DNA of 64,000 nucleotides from Candidatus Kaiserbacteria bacterium (GCA_009691465.1 SICK01000002.1:9951-73950), one strand, 5' to 3'. Shown: positions 46,510 through 58,781, numbered from the stretch's first letter. Translations and numbers: made by a program. Notes: generated by a model not told the origin, from the letters alone.

Positions 46510-47058
46510 CTAGAGTTTTAATGCAAAGCGTTCTAGGAGGAGCTCCAGCTCCCCCGCGCCGCGGTGAGAGTCGTGGTAGAGGCGCACCAGCTCGCGAGAG
46601 AGGCCAATGTCTTTCATCGCACGAGCCTTCCAACACATCAGGCCCGCGACCATTTCGGCTTTTTCTCCCGCACCAAACGCACGCATGAGCCCCAACCAAA
46701 GGTTTTTCTTATCTTTTTTCCCCAGCGCTTCGGCCACGCCAAAGTTATCAAAACGATACTCTTTCTTCTCCGCTTTCTCTATCTCTATCTTGGCACCCGC
46801 TTTTTTAAGCGCCTCTGTTTCGGCCTTGAGCAACTTTTCTTCTACAAAAATAAAAGTGTGCGGCGACTCGGCCAACACTTCCAATAAATCCAAAAACTCC
46901 TCGCCGCGCTCACTGTTCAAAGCACCCTCGAGCACAAAGGTTTGGTTACCTCCAAAAAGCGCGGTGGTCGACGCCATAGACACCAGCTCCTCGCTCGTGA
47001 TCTCGGTCCACTTGAGCTCCTCGCCTTGTGCAGATTTTCCAACAACAGCTTTTATCAT
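46510..47058 (-). CDS. short DNA polymerase III delta subunit-like protein (HolA C-terminal-like)
   Basis: Weak pattern similarity to HolA C-terminal helical domain; sits directly upstream of polA; identity tentative. Confidence 0.4.
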   Translation of the reverse strand: MIKAVVGKSAQGEELKWTEITSEELVSMASTTALFGGNQTFVLEGALNSERGEEFLDLLEVLAESPHTFIFVEEKLLKAETEALKKAGAKIEIEKAEKKEYRFDNFGVAEALGKKDKKNLWLGLMRAFGAGEKAEMVAGLMCWKARAMKDIGLSRELVRLYHDSHRGAGELELLLERFALKL

Positions 47059-47081
47059 ATTTTTCTTGCCCCGTTAGAAGT

Positions 47082-49445
47082 TTACTTTCTAATGGGGTTC
47101 ATCTCGCCCCAATTTTTACCGGCTTTGCCCTCGACCATAATGGGCACTCCGCGGAGCTTTTCTTGCGGGACCACATTCTCCATTATCTCTTGTATCTTGG
47201 GCGCGTACTCTCCTACTTTGTTTTCTTTGATTTCAAACACCAACTCGTCGTGTACCTGCAACAAGAGTATATCCGGATAGTGTTTGTCTATCTCTATCAT
47301 AGCGAGCTTGATGAGGTCAGCGGAGGTGCCTTGGAGCGGAGCATTGATAGCCATGCGCTCGGCCGAGGCACGCACGTAGGGTATCGCTGATTTGATACCG
47401 TCGAAGTACCGTCGGCGGCCAAACAGCGTCTCGGTGTAGCCTTTCTTGGCGGCTTCCCCTTTTATTTCCTCAAGATAGTCGGCCAGGCGCGGGAAGGTCG
47501 CGAGGTATTGGTTATAAAACTCCTGCGCCTCTTTGCGATTGGTGTTTAAAGATTGTTGGAGTGCGAGGACCCCCATGCCGTAGAGCAGGCCAAAGTTGAT
47601 GACCTTGGCTCGCCGGCGCATTTCGTAGGTGACGTCCGCGGCCTGCACACCGAACACTCTCGAGGCTACCTCGGTATGTACGTCGCGCCCGTTCTTAAAT
47701 ATCTCAATAAGGCTTTTATCGCCGCTTAAGACCGCCGCCAGCCGCAGTTCTATCTGGCTGTAGTCGAACGACACCAACTCCATCCCACGGCTTGCCACAA
47801 ACGCATGGCGGATGCGCCGGCCCAAGTCGGATTTGATGGGGATGTTCTGCAAATTGGGGTCGAGCGAGGCCATGCGGCCGGTGGCCGCACCTATTTGCAG
47901 GTAGCGGGTGTGCACGCGGTTGTGTTTGTCGAGTAAGGCCGGGAGCGCGTCGATGTAGGTGCCCAGCAGTTTTGAGAGCTCGCGGTAGGCCAAAATGTCT
48001 TTGATGATGGGATGCTCGCCCGCGAGTTTTTGGAGCTCCGACTCTTTGGTCGAGCGCGCTCCGCCCGCGGTTTTCTTTTTTGTCGCGAGCCCGAGCTTGT
48101 CAAAGAGTACCTCGCCCAGTTGTTTGGGCGACGATACATTAAACTCCCCACCGGCGGCTTTGTATATGCGTTTGGCTATTGCGTCGAGCTCTTTGGTGTA
48201 CTCGCGCGACAGTTCTTTAAGAAAGTCTTTATCTACTTCGATACCGCGCTGCTCCATGCGACGCAGCACCGGTGAGAGCGGCAACTCTATCTGTTCGTAT
48301 ACAAACCCCAGTTCTTTTTCTTTAATCTGTTTCTCTAAGTTCTGTAAAGCCTCATCAAACTCCTCCGACTTACCCATGCGCACAATATCGTCGAGTGCGG
48401 GTTCTGAAATAGTGCTATCGAGCACCGAGACAGCGACCTGTGCGCGGTGGAACAGCTCCGGCGCAACTGCTGCACCAAAAAGCCCGTCTCCGGCCGGTGC
48501 TGCTATATCCGACTCCATCACCCCCAATATTTTCTTTACGCGCGGCACGAGCCCTTTAAACTCAAATTCGGCCAGCATATCGAGCGCTCGCTTACTGTCG
48601 GTGCCCTCGCGCCAACTACGCGTCGGCAGTACAAATGCAACCGGCGCATCACGCCTGATGGTGGCCAAGAGCTTGCTAAACTCGGCTTCTTCTTTGCCCT
48701 TTTTTACCAACTCGACAAAACGTTTTTGTACCCCGGTCTTTTCGGCAACTTTTTCTACTCCGTCTTTTTGTATGGCCCCAAACAGGAGTTTGAGCGACGG
48801 GTAGTGCTGGAGCAGTTTGAGTGCGCTCCCCTCGCCTACTCCCATCACCCCCTTGATATTGTCCGAGGCGTCGCCTGCTATGCCCTTGAGGTCGGGTACT
48901 GCGGCGGGACCAAAACCGTAGCGCTCCACCACCTTCGTCTCGTCATACAGCAAGGTGTCGTTGAGCCCTTTGCCGAACGTAAACACCTGCACGCGCTCGC
49001 CTTCTATAAGCTGTAGCGCGTCCTTGTCGCCGGAGGCGATTATCACTTCCAGATCTTTTTTCTTTTTGACCTGCTCAACAATAGTGCCGATCACATCGTC
49101 CGCCTCAAACTCTTTGGCCGAGTACACCGATATACCAAAGGCCTCGAGCACCTCGGGCGCGCGCTTAAGCTGCTCGACAAGCGCATCGTCGGTTTTTTGT
49201 CGCGTGCCTTTGTACTCTTTGTAGACCGCATCGCGGAAGGTGTCTCCGGGCAGGTCGATGGCCGCGACGATGTAGTCGGGCCCGAGGTCGTTGATTATTT
49301 TGACCAGCATCGACAGCAGGCCATAGAGCCCGCCGGTCGGCATCCCCTTGCTCGAGCTGAACTCCGGCAAGGCATGGTACGCACGGTGGAGTATCGCGTG
49401 GGTGTCGAGTATTACGAGCCGCTTTTTAGAGGTCGTTTTAACCAT
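47082..49445 (-). CDS. polA: DNA polymerase I (5'-3' exonuclease + polymerase domains)
   Basis: 5'-nuclease N-terminus, family A polymerase motifs A/B/C (DYSQIELR, RRRAKVINFGLLYG, QVHDEL). Confidence 0.9.
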   Translation of the reverse strand: MVKTTSKKRLVILDTHAILHRAYHALPEFSSSKGMPTGGLYGLLSMLVKIINDLGPDYIVAAIDLPGDTFRDAVYKEYKGTRQKTDDALVEQLKRAPEVLEAFGISVYSAKEFEADDVIGTIVEQVKKKKDLEVIIASGDKDALQLIEGERVQVFTFGKGLNDTLLYDETKVVERYGFGPAAVPDLKGIAGDASDNIKGVMGVGEGSALKLLQHYPSLKLLFGAIQKDGVEKVAEKTGVQKRFVELVKKGKEEAEFSKLLATIRRDAPVAFVLPTRSWREGTDSKRALDMLAEFEFKGLVPRVKKILGVMESDIAAPAGDGLFGAAVAPELFHRAQVAVSVLDSTISEPALDDIVRMGKSEEFDEALQNLEKQIKEKELGFVYEQIELPLSPVLRRMEQRGIEVDKDFLKELSREYTKELDAIAKRIYKAAGGEFNVSSPKQLGEVLFDKLGLATKKKTAGGARSTKESELQKLAGEHPIIKDILAYRELSKLLGTYIDALPALLDKHNRVHTRYLQIGAATGRMASLDPNLQNIPIKSDLGRRIRHAFVASRGMELVSFDYSQIELRLAAVLSGDKSLIEIFKNGRDVHTEVASRVFGVQAADVTYEMRRRAKVINFGLLYGMGVLALQQSLNTNRKEAQEFYNQYLATFPRLADYLEEIKGEAAKKGYTETLFGRRRYFDGIKSAIPYVRASAERMAINAPLQGTSADLIKLAMIEIDKHYPDILLLQVHDELVFEIKENKVGEYAPKIQEIMENVVPQEKLRGVPIMVEGKAGKNWGEMNPIRK

Positions 49446-49497
49446 GAGGCCATTCTAACCCGACGCTTCGGTCGGGTCCCCGACCAGGGCGTCGGGG

Positions 49498-49965
49498 CTA
49501 CTTTTCCATTTGGACGTACCGCTCCCCTTCTGCGGCTCCGTCAGAGGAAAAAAGGATATTGAGATCGGGTGTAGGGAGCGCCTTGCCCAGCCGCTCGGGC
49601 CACTCTACCACCACCAACACGGACGGGTCGTTCAAAAATTGCTCGGGTTTGAGCGCTGCAAACTCCTCGGGCTTTTCCAGCCGATATGCGTCGATATGCA
49701 CGAGCCACTTAAACCGGCGCGGCACGCCGAAAGCATTGAGCCCTTCCGGCATGGCATATTTTTTCATCAGCACGTACGTGGGGCTCTGCAGTGTCTCGCG
49801 GATGCCGAACTGCCGAGCCAGTTGTTGTACAAAAGTGGTCTTGCCCGCGCCGAGCTCGCCGCGCAGCCCGAGCACCACCGCTTTGGTGTTGTTGCGGTCG
49901 AGTGCCAAGGTCGCCGTGACATTGCGGACAAACTCGGGCAATTGGGCCAGCAACACTTTTTGCAT
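49498..49965 (-). CDS. tsaE: tRNA threonylcarbamoyladenosine biosynthesis protein TsaE
   Basis: P-loop GELGAGKTTFV, approximately 155 aa. Confidence 0.8.
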   Translation of the reverse strand: MQKVLLAQLPEFVRNVTATLALDRNNTKAVVLGLRGELGAGKTTFVQQLARQFGIRETLQSPTYVLMKKYAMPEGLNAFGVPRRFKWLVHIDAYRLEKPEEFAALKPEQFLNDPSVLVVVEWPERLGKALPTPDLNILFSSDGAAEGERYVQMEK

Positions 49966-49976
49966 ATATGCTTATA

Positions 49977-50033
49977 TGTTCAAAACCGCGACAAATCGAA
50001 AGCAAGCTTTCGTTTGCTCGGCTCATTTGAACA
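49977..50033. promoter_or_regulatory. nested palindrome in the tsaE/pilB divergent intergenic region (candidate operator)
   Basis: tgttcaaa (49977-84) ... cgaaagcaagctttcg (49997-50012) ... tttgaaca (50026-33). Confidence 0.3.
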
Positions 50034-50060
50034 TGCGGTACACTATACCTTATATAGGGT

Positions 50061-51740
50061 ATGGTGACCTTTAACGACCAAGAAGAGGACAAGCGCATCG
50101 AATTTCTCCGCAAGAGAGAGGAGGAGGAACTTGCGCAGGTGCTCTCGCAAAAGTACGGCGTCGAGTACGTCGACTTAACCCTCGTTGCGGTCAACGTCGA
50201 CGCCCTGCGGCTCATATCCGAGCAGGATGCCAAAGCAACCGAGGCGGTGGCGTTCGGCCATGTGGGCAAAAAAGTGAGCGTGGCGGTACGCGCGCCCGAG
50301 CATCCCAAAGTCAAAGCCCTGGTCAACAAGCTGCAGGACGCCGGATACGAAGTGACGCTCTACATGTGTTCGCAGGAGTCGCTCAAGCGTGCCTACCAGC
50401 GTTACGCCGACCTCTCCTACGCGCAAGAAACCAAAGCGGGCGTCTTTGAGCTCTCGGGCGAGGAGCTCGAGCAGTTGTTGAGCAAGGTCACAAGCCTCGA
50501 GGACATAGGCAAACTTATACAGGAGGCAGTGGAGCTCAAGCGCGCGTACCGTATCACCCGTATTTTGGAAATCATTCTTGCCGGGGCGCTCGCCACCAAC
50601 GCATCGGACGTACACTTCGAGCCCGAAGACGCGGCGGTGCGTCTGCGCTACCGGCTCGACGGCGTACTCATCGATGTGCTGACCTTCGACCACGAAACCT
50701 ACCGGCTCGCGCTCTCGCGGCTCAAACTGCTGTCGGGACTCAAACTCAACATAGCCGGCGAGGCGCAGGATGGGCGGTTTTCCATAAAACTCAAGGGCTC
50801 CGAGATAGAGCTGCGCACTTCTATCCTCCCCGGCAATTATGCCGAAACGTTGGTCTTGCGCGTCCTCAACCCCAAATCAATAGGCGTGCCGCTCGAAGAG
50901 CTGGGCTTTGGAGAAAAGCTGCTCGCGCACTTGTATAAAGAAATCGCCAAGCCCAACGGTATGATTTTGACCACCGGCCCCACCGGCTCGGGCAAAACGA
51001 CGACGCTCTACGCGTTTTTGCGCAAGATAAACTCGCCGGAGACAAAGATAATCACCATCGAAGACCCTATCGAGTACCACCTGCAAGGCCTGGTGCAAAC
51101 ACAGGTCGACAAAAAAAATTACACCTTTGCCAACGGCCTGCGCTCGGCTCTGCGGCAGGACCCGGACATCATCATGGTCGGAGAAATCCGCGACAGCGAG
51201 GTGGCACAGACCGCTATCAACGCCGCACTTACCGGACACTTGGTCTTTTCGACACTCCACACCAACGACGCGGCGGGCTCGTTCCCCCGGCTTATTGACC
51301 TCGGCATAGACGAGAAGGTTATTTCATCCGCGGTCAACGCCGCGCTCGCCCAGCGCCTGGTGCGCAAGCTGTGCGAAAAGTGCAAGGTCGAAGGTGTCCC
51401 GACCGAAGACGAACAGAAAGTTATTGATAAATATCTCGGCACGCTGGTCGACAAGGCGCTCGCCCCGGCAGAGACCAAAAAAATATGGCGCGCCAAAGAA
51501 GGCGGTTGCGAAGCGTGTCACGGCCGCGGCTACAAAGGCCGCATGGGTATCTACGAAGCGGTGTTTATGGACACGGCCATCGAGACTATTCTGCGCAGCA
51601 AGCCGAGCGAGCGCGAGATATACACGGCGGCGCGCCCGCAAGGGATACCGAGCATGCAGGAGGACGGCATCATCAAAGTTTTGCGCGGATTGACCTCGAT
51701 GGATGAGCTCCGGCGGGTCGTCGACTTGGACACAAATTAA
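50061..51740 (+). CDS. pilB: type IV pilus assembly / type II secretion ATPase (PilB/GspE family)
   Basis: GspII_E N-terminal domain, Walker A GPTGSGKTTT, Asp/His boxes, tetracysteine zinc motif. Confidence 0.85.
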   Translation: MVTFNDQEEDKRIEFLRKREEEELAQVLSQKYGVEYVDLTLVAVNVDALRLISEQDAKATEAVAFGHVGKKVSVAVRAPEHPKVKALVNKLQDAGYEVTLYMCSQESLKRAYQRYADLSYAQETKAGVFELSGEELEQLLSKVTSLEDIGKLIQEAVELKRAYRITRILEIILAGALATNASDVHFEPEDAAVRLRYRLDGVLIDVLTFDHETYRLALSRLKLLSGLKLNIAGEAQDGRFSIKLKGSEIELRTSILPGNYAETLVLRVLNPKSIGVPLEELGFGEKLLAHLYKEIAKPNGMILTTGPTGSGKTTTLYAFLRKINSPETKIITIEDPIEYHLQGLVQTQVDKKNYTFANGLRSALRQDPDIIMVGEIRDSEVAQTAINAALTGHLVFSTLHTNDAAGSFPRLIDLGIDEKVISSAVNAALAQRLVRKLCEKCKVEGVPTEDEQKVIDKYLGTLVDKALAPAETKKIWRAKEGGCEACHGRGYKGRMGIYEAVFMDTAIETILRSKPSEREIYTAARPQGIPSMQEDGIIKVLRGLTSMDELRRVVDLDTN

Positions 51741-51742
51741 AA

Positions 51743-51770
51743 AAACCGCAACGTTGCGTGCGGGTTTCTT
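51743..51770 (+). terminator. rho-independent terminator after pilB
   Basis: aaccgcaacgttgcgtgcgggtttctt: GC stem with following T-run. Confidence 0.45.
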
Positions 51771-52016
51771 AAGAGTAGAGTACGGAGAGGTTCGGAAGAG
51801 TATACCACCAAGCAATACACATCTTCGCAAGCGAAGAAGCGGAAGAAATGTCTAAGGATAGCTCTCGCGGCTAGTGAGTAAACAAAAGGCCAGAGCGTCC
51901 TCGACAAGATTCCAAGCAGGTTAATGCGGTATTGCTTGAGGGTATACTTTTCCCAACAAAAAACGCGCCTACGGCGCAAACTGCTACTGACTGTATCCTA
52001 GCATAGTATAAATTTA

Positions 52017-53018
52017 ATGTCAAGCCCCGACGAACCTGCAGTATTTTTGGACGCTACGCTCCGACCCGCAACCTGGGACGAGTATGTGGGGCAGGAGGTC
52101 ATCAAAAACAACCTCCATATCCTTATTGCGGCGGCCAAGGAGCGTGCCTCCCCTCCTGAACACATCCTCTTTTATGGCCCCCCGGGCCTCGGCAAGACCA
52201 CTCTGGCACACCTTATAGCCCGCGAGCTCGGGGGTACCTTGCGCAGCACCTCGGGCCCGGCTATCGAACGGGTGGGCGACCTTGCCGCCCTGCTGACCAA
52301 CATGGGCCCGGGCGACATCCTCTTTATCGACGAGATCCACCGGCTGTCCCGTAGCATCGAGGAGGTCCTCTACCCTGCGATGGAGTCGGGTGTTTTAAAT
52401 ATCATCATCGGCAAGGGCCCTAGCGCACGTACTATAGAGCTCCCTTTGCCGCCTTTTACCCTCATCGCCGCCACCACGCGCGTGGCAGACCTCTCGGCGC
52501 CGCTGCGGTCGCGTTTCTCCGGGGGCACCTTCCGGCTCGAGTTCTACAGCGAGGCTGACATCGCCCAGATAGTAAAGCGCTCGGCAAAGATATTGGGCGT
52601 CGAGGTAGACAAAGAGGGTATTACAGAAATAGCGAAGCGCAGTCGTGCAACGCCGCGCACCGCCAACTACCTGCTGAAACGCGCGCGCGACTATGCGCAG
52701 CTCAAGCGCGCCCCTCTCTCCGCAGAATTGGTTAATGAGTCGCTCGGCATGCTCGAGGTGGATGAGCTCGGCCTCACGCCGCTCGACCGCAAACTCCTTA
52801 CGGTTTTGATAGACCGATTCAACGGCGGCCCGGCTGGCGTCAACGCGCTCGCGGCAGCGCTCGCAGAAGAACCGACGACGGTAAGTGAAGTCCACGAACC
52901 GTTCCTCCTCCAACTCGGTCTCATCGAGCGTACCCAGCGCGGCCGCGTCGCAACAAAAAAAGCCTACGAACATCTTGGCAAAACTCCCCCATCAGATTTG
53001 AACGAGCGGCTTTTGTAG
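52017..53018 (+). CDS. ruvB: Holliday junction DNA helicase RuvB
   Basis: AAA+ Walker A GPPGLGKTT, sensor motifs, C-terminal winged helix. Confidence 0.95.
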   Translation: MSSPDEPAVFLDATLRPATWDEYVGQEVIKNNLHILIAAAKERASPPEHILFYGPPGLGKTTLAHLIARELGGTLRSTSGPAIERVGDLAALLTNMGPGDILFIDEIHRLSRSIEEVLYPAMESGVLNIIIGKGPSARTIELPLPPFTLIAATTRVADLSAPLRSRFSGGTFRLEFYSEADIAQIVKRSAKILGVEVDKEGITEIAKRSRATPRTANYLLKRARDYAQLKRAPLSAELVNESLGMLEVDELGLTPLDRKLLTVLIDRFNGGPAGVNALAAALAEEPTTVSEVHEPFLLQLGLIERTQRGRVATKKAYEHLGKTPPSDLNERLL

Positions 53019-53032
53019 AGTAATCTCTACCC

Positions 53033-53563
53033 ATGGCAGGACACAGCAAGTGGGCAAAGCTCAAGCACGTCAAAGGCAAGACCGACGCCCAGAAGTCAAA
53101 ACTATTTTCGAAACTCGTGCGGTTTATTACGGTCGAGGTCAAAAAGGCCAAAGGTGACAAAAATGCTCCCGGGGTACGTACTGCCGTGGAGAAAGCGCGC
53201 GCGGCTAATATGCCACTGGATAATATCGAACGCGCATTAATCAAAGCGTCAGGCGAAGGAGCCGAACTCGAGACGGTAATCTACGAAGCATACGGCCCCG
53301 GTGGCTGTGCGTTGGTGATCGAAGCGTATACGGACAACCGCAACCGCACCGTGCAAGAGCTCAAACATCTCTTAAGCTTGCATGGCGGCAGCCTTGCGAA
53401 CCCGGGTGCGGCGATGTGGGCCTTCCAAAAGAACGCCGAGGGTAAGTTGGAGGCCATGTCCCCCATCGAGCTCTCCGACGAAGACGCACAAAAAATGGCC
53501 GAACTCTTCGACGCGCTCGAGGAGCACGACGACATCAACGAAATTTATACGAGCGCGGCATAA
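53033..53563 (+). CDS. YebC/PmpR-family transcriptional regulator (short form)
   Basis: MAGHSKWAKLKHVKG N-terminus diagnostic for YebC family; 176 aa. Confidence 0.8.
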   Translation: MAGHSKWAKLKHVKGKTDAQKSKLFSKLVRFITVEVKKAKGDKNAPGVRTAVEKARAANMPLDNIERALIKASGEGAELETVIYEAYGPGGCALVIEAYTDNRNRTVQELKHLLSLHGGSLANPGAAMWAFQKNAEGKLEAMSPIELSDEDAQKMAELFDALEEHDDINEIYTSAA

Positions 53564-53565
53564 CT

Positions 53566-54039
53566 ATGCGTGTACTTGCTTTTGATCCCGGGTACGAGCG
53601 CTTGGGCGCCGCAGTGCTCGAGAAAGAAAACGGCAAGAAAGAAATACTTCTGCACTCCGAGTGCATCCGCACATCGGCCAAGCTCGATTTTTCTAAACGC
53701 CTCATGGAGCTGGGCGCCGCAGCTGAAGCTTTAATAAAAAAGTGGAAGCCCGATGCGGTTGCACTGGAAGAGGTTTTTTTTGAAAAGAACGCCAAGACCG
53801 CCATGCAGGTAGCCGAGGTCCGGGGTGCCTTGGCCTATATCGCCGCCTCAAAAGGCCTTGTGGTACATCACTATACGCCCGGCGAGGTCAAGATAGCCGT
53901 GACCGGCTACGGTCGCGCCAGCAAGGCTGACATATTGCTTATGGTGCCTAAATTGCTCGCCCTCCCCCCTCGGGTGAGGCTTGACGACGAGGTGGATGCT
54001 ATTGCGGTGGGGATTACCTGCCTTGCGTCGGTCCGATAA
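53566..54039 (+). CDS. ruvC: crossover junction endodeoxyribonuclease RuvC
   Basis: MRVLAFDPGYERLGAAV RNase H-fold N-terminus with catalytic Asp/Glu. Confidence 0.85.
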   Translation: MRVLAFDPGYERLGAAVLEKENGKKEILLHSECIRTSAKLDFSKRLMELGAAAEALIKKWKPDAVALEEVFFEKNAKTAMQVAEVRGALAYIAASKGLVVHHYTPGEVKIAVTGYGRASKADILLMVPKLLALPPRVRLDDEVDAIAVGITCLASVR

Positions 54040-54099
54040 ATTGATATAACACCAGTGTTACCTGGATATTTTGTGCATTATTAAGTAGTCGACTGACGT

Positions 54100-54228
54100 A
54101 TGACCGAGGAGTTTGAGCGCGACGAGTTTTTGCTCGATGAGCCCGAAACAGAGGACGTCGACACCGACGCTCCTGAAGAGGAAGAGGAGGAAGTCGAGGA
54201 CCCCGCAGCTGAAGACGAAGAGCTATAA
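54100..54228 (+). CDS. small highly acidic peptide (42 aa), below ORF-track threshold
   Basis: ATG...TAA ORF MTEEFERDEFLLDEPETEDVDTDAPEEEEEEVEDPAAEDEEL followed directly by a strong terminator. Confidence 0.3.
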   Translation: MTEEFERDEFLLDEPETEDVDTDAPEEEEEEVEDPAAEDEEL

Positions 54229-54230
54229 GA

Positions 54231-54258
54231 AAAAACCCCGCTTAGTCGCGGGGTTTTT
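54231..54258. terminator. bidirectional rho-independent terminator between acidic ORF and tyrS
   Basis: aaaaa ccccgc ttagtc gcgggg ttttt. Confidence 0.6.
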
Positions 54259-55431
54259 CTATGTAACTTTCAAAAACCGGTGCTTGCCGATACGAATCGT
54301 ATCGTTTTGGATTTCCGCATCGATGCTGTCAATTTTTTGACCGGTCGTAACCGAGGAGACCGCGCCTTGGGCGACCAGACGGCGCAGTTCGCTCGTGGAG
54401 ACATCACTTACTATGTCGCGCAACTTGCCGCTTGCAACCGTGGGCGCATCCTCCGGCGCGCCGCCTTCGCTAAACGTGTTTACCCAATCAGTTTCTGCCT
54501 TTTGTGCCACATCAACCCCGTGATACATCGTTACCAGTTCGCGCGCGAGACGCATCTTGGCCTCTTTTGGGTGGCCTTGCAGGATAGTTTTAATCTCCTG
54601 CAGGGGTACGCGCGTACAAAGCTCAAAATATGTTTTGACCTGCCCGTCACCCATGCTCATGACCTTGCCGTACATGTCCCCCGCCGGCGCAGTAAGGTTG
54701 ATGACGTTGCCCTTGCTCGAGCTCATCTTGGTCCCGTCGAGTCCGTCGATCAGCGGATTGAGTACGACGTTCTGCGGTTCCTGCCCGAAGTGCTGCTGCA
54801 TCGGCCGGCCCGCAAGCACATTAAACTTTTGGTCCGTCCCGCCGAGCTCTACATCCGCCTTTATTGCGACCGAGTCGTAGCCCTGCATTAAAGGGTAGAG
54901 CAACTCGCGCAACGAAACGCGTTTACCCGCAGACAAACGTCCCGCAATATTGTCCCGCGCGATAAAGTCTGCGACAGAAAAGAGGTCCGCATGCTCGCCG
55001 ATCTGGCGATAGTTGAGTGGTTTGAGCCACTCGCTGTTGTAGCGCATCTCGACCTGTGACATATCCAAAATTTTTCCCGCCTGATCAAAATAGGTTTTCT
55101 TATTCTTCTCAATAATTTCCTGTTCGAGCATCGGGCGCTCGGCGTCCTTGTCCGACGTGTCACCGATGACGGCGGTAAAGTCCCCTACAATCAACACCAC
55201 CTGATGCCCCAGCTCTTGGAAGTCGCGCAACTTCAAGAGCGGGATTGAGCGCCCGATATGCAGGTCCGGCGAGGTCGGGTCGATCCCCAGTTTGACGCGC
55301 AAGCGCCTGCCGGAGAACAACTTCTTGCGCAAATCATCTTTAATTATTACTTCAGAGACACCGCGAGAGAGGAGGGCGTCTACTTTACCCTCGTCGGTAA
55401 GCACTTTCGGGGTACGGCTAAAAAATCCCAT
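54259..55431 (-). CDS. tyrS: tyrosyl-tRNA synthetase
   Basis: HIGH-type motif (DLHIGRSIP), KMSSS (KMSKS-like), C-terminal S4 domain; start trimmed to MGFFSRTPKV. Confidence 0.9.
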   Translation of the reverse strand: MGFFSRTPKVLTDEGKVDALLSRGVSEVIIKDDLRKKLFSGRRLRVKLGIDPTSPDLHIGRSIPLLKLRDFQELGHQVVLIVGDFTAVIGDTSDKDAERPMLEQEIIEKNKKTYFDQAGKILDMSQVEMRYNSEWLKPLNYRQIGEHADLFSVADFIARDNIAGRLSAGKRVSLRELLYPLMQGYDSVAIKADVELGGTDQKFNVLAGRPMQQHFGQEPQNVVLNPLIDGLDGTKMSSSKGNVINLTAPAGDMYGKVMSMGDGQVKTYFELCTRVPLQEIKTILQGHPKEAKMRLARELVTMYHGVDVAQKAETDWVNTFSEGGAPEDAPTVASGKLRDIVSDVSTSELRRLVAQGAVSSVTTGQKIDSIDAEIQNDTIRIGKHRFLKVT

Positions 55432-55450
55432 ACTTGATATACTACTACCC

Positions 55451-57676
<2,226 letters not shown>

Positions 57677-57683
57677 AAAATCC

Positions 57684-58781
57684 CTAACGGTTCATCGGCA
57701 TTGCTAAATACAGGAAGGAGTCGTCGCTTGCGTCTTTGATGAGCATAGCTTTACCGGGGCCGTTGGAGTGCAGGCGTACCGAGTCGCCCCCCACCGCCTG
57801 CAGGCTGTCGGCGAGGTACCGGCCGTTAAAGGACACCGCGACCGAGTCGCCTTCCACCGCCGCTTTGACTGTGGATATTTGCTCGCCGACGTCGGGGTTG
57901 CGCGACGTAAGCAACATGGCTTTTTTAGCGGGCTCTATCGCCAATGAAACCTGCGCAAATTTGTCGGCAAAAACCGAAAGTGACTTAAGTGCCGTCGCCA
58001 TATCCTCGCGCAACACCACCGCCTCGGTGGTAAATGTTTTGGGGAGTATCTGGCGGTAGTTGGGGAAGGTGCCGTCCAAAAGTCTGCTGGTGTAGTACGT
58101 GCCGTCGGTCTGGGTAGAAAGTTGGTTGTCGTTGTAATAAAACTCCACGTCGCCCCCTACCCCTTCGAGTATGCGCATAAGCTCGGCGGCGTTGCGCGCC
58201 GGCAGCAGCATCTCCGGCACCGTGCCGCCCGAGCGCAGGGGGATCTGCTTCTCCGCAAGCCGGAAGGAGTCCGTCGCCACCGCAGTGAGTTTGCCGGCGT
58301 TGCCGTACAACAAAACACTTTGGAGCTCGGGTTTTATAGCCGAGAGTGACGCACAATACGCGACCGAGTGGATGGCGCGCACAAAGTCGGCCGCCTTAAC
58401 CGTAAACGATTTTTCTGCCGACACCCGCGGCAAGACCGGGAAGTCCTCATGCGGCAGTGTTTTGATAGATGCCGAAGCGCGTTCCGTCTCAATTTTAAAA
58501 ACCTCGCCCACCAACTGCGCCGACACTGTCTTGCCGCGGGTGTTGCTCAAAAATCCGGCCAGAACCGCTGCAGGTACCGCTACCACCCCTCCGTTTACAA
58601 CTTTTGCCGGAATAACTATCTCTACCCCACACTCAAGATTTGTTGCACGGATAGTAAGGCGGCTCCCTTCAAGAGTAAGTAATACACAACTAAGCACTGG
58701 TAAATTTGCTTTACGTTCAACAAACCGGGCCGCAGTAGCCGCTGCATTTTTTAGAGTTTCGAGTTGAGTTTCAAATTTCAT
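57684..58781 (-). CDS. dnaN: DNA polymerase III beta sliding clamp
   Basis: Three-domain beta clamp, 365 aa, immediately downstream of dnaA. Confidence 0.9.
   Translation of the reverse strand: MKFETQLETLKNAAATAARFVERKANLPVLSCVLLTLEGSRLTIRATNLECGVEIVIPAKVVNGGVVAVPAAVLAGFLSNTRGKTVSAQLVGEVFKIETERASASIKTLPHEDFPVLPRVSAEKSFTVKAADFVRAIHSVAYCASLSAIKPELQSVLLYGNAGKLTAVATDSFRLAEKQIPLRSGGTVPEMLLPARNAAELMRILEGVGGDVEFYYNDNQLSTQTDGTYYTSRLLDGTFPNYRQILPKTFTTEAVVLREDMATALKSLSVFADKFAQVSLAIEPAKKAMLLTSRNPDVGEQISTVKAAVEGDSVAVSFNGRYLADSLQAVGGDSVRLHSNGPGKAMLIKDASDDSFLYLAMPMNR

Noticed and set aside
51737-51979. 80-aa minus-strand ORF in the pilB-ruvB gap
   Set aside because: Arg/Leu-rich with no motifs. It lies in an AT-rich spacer and is more likely non-coding.
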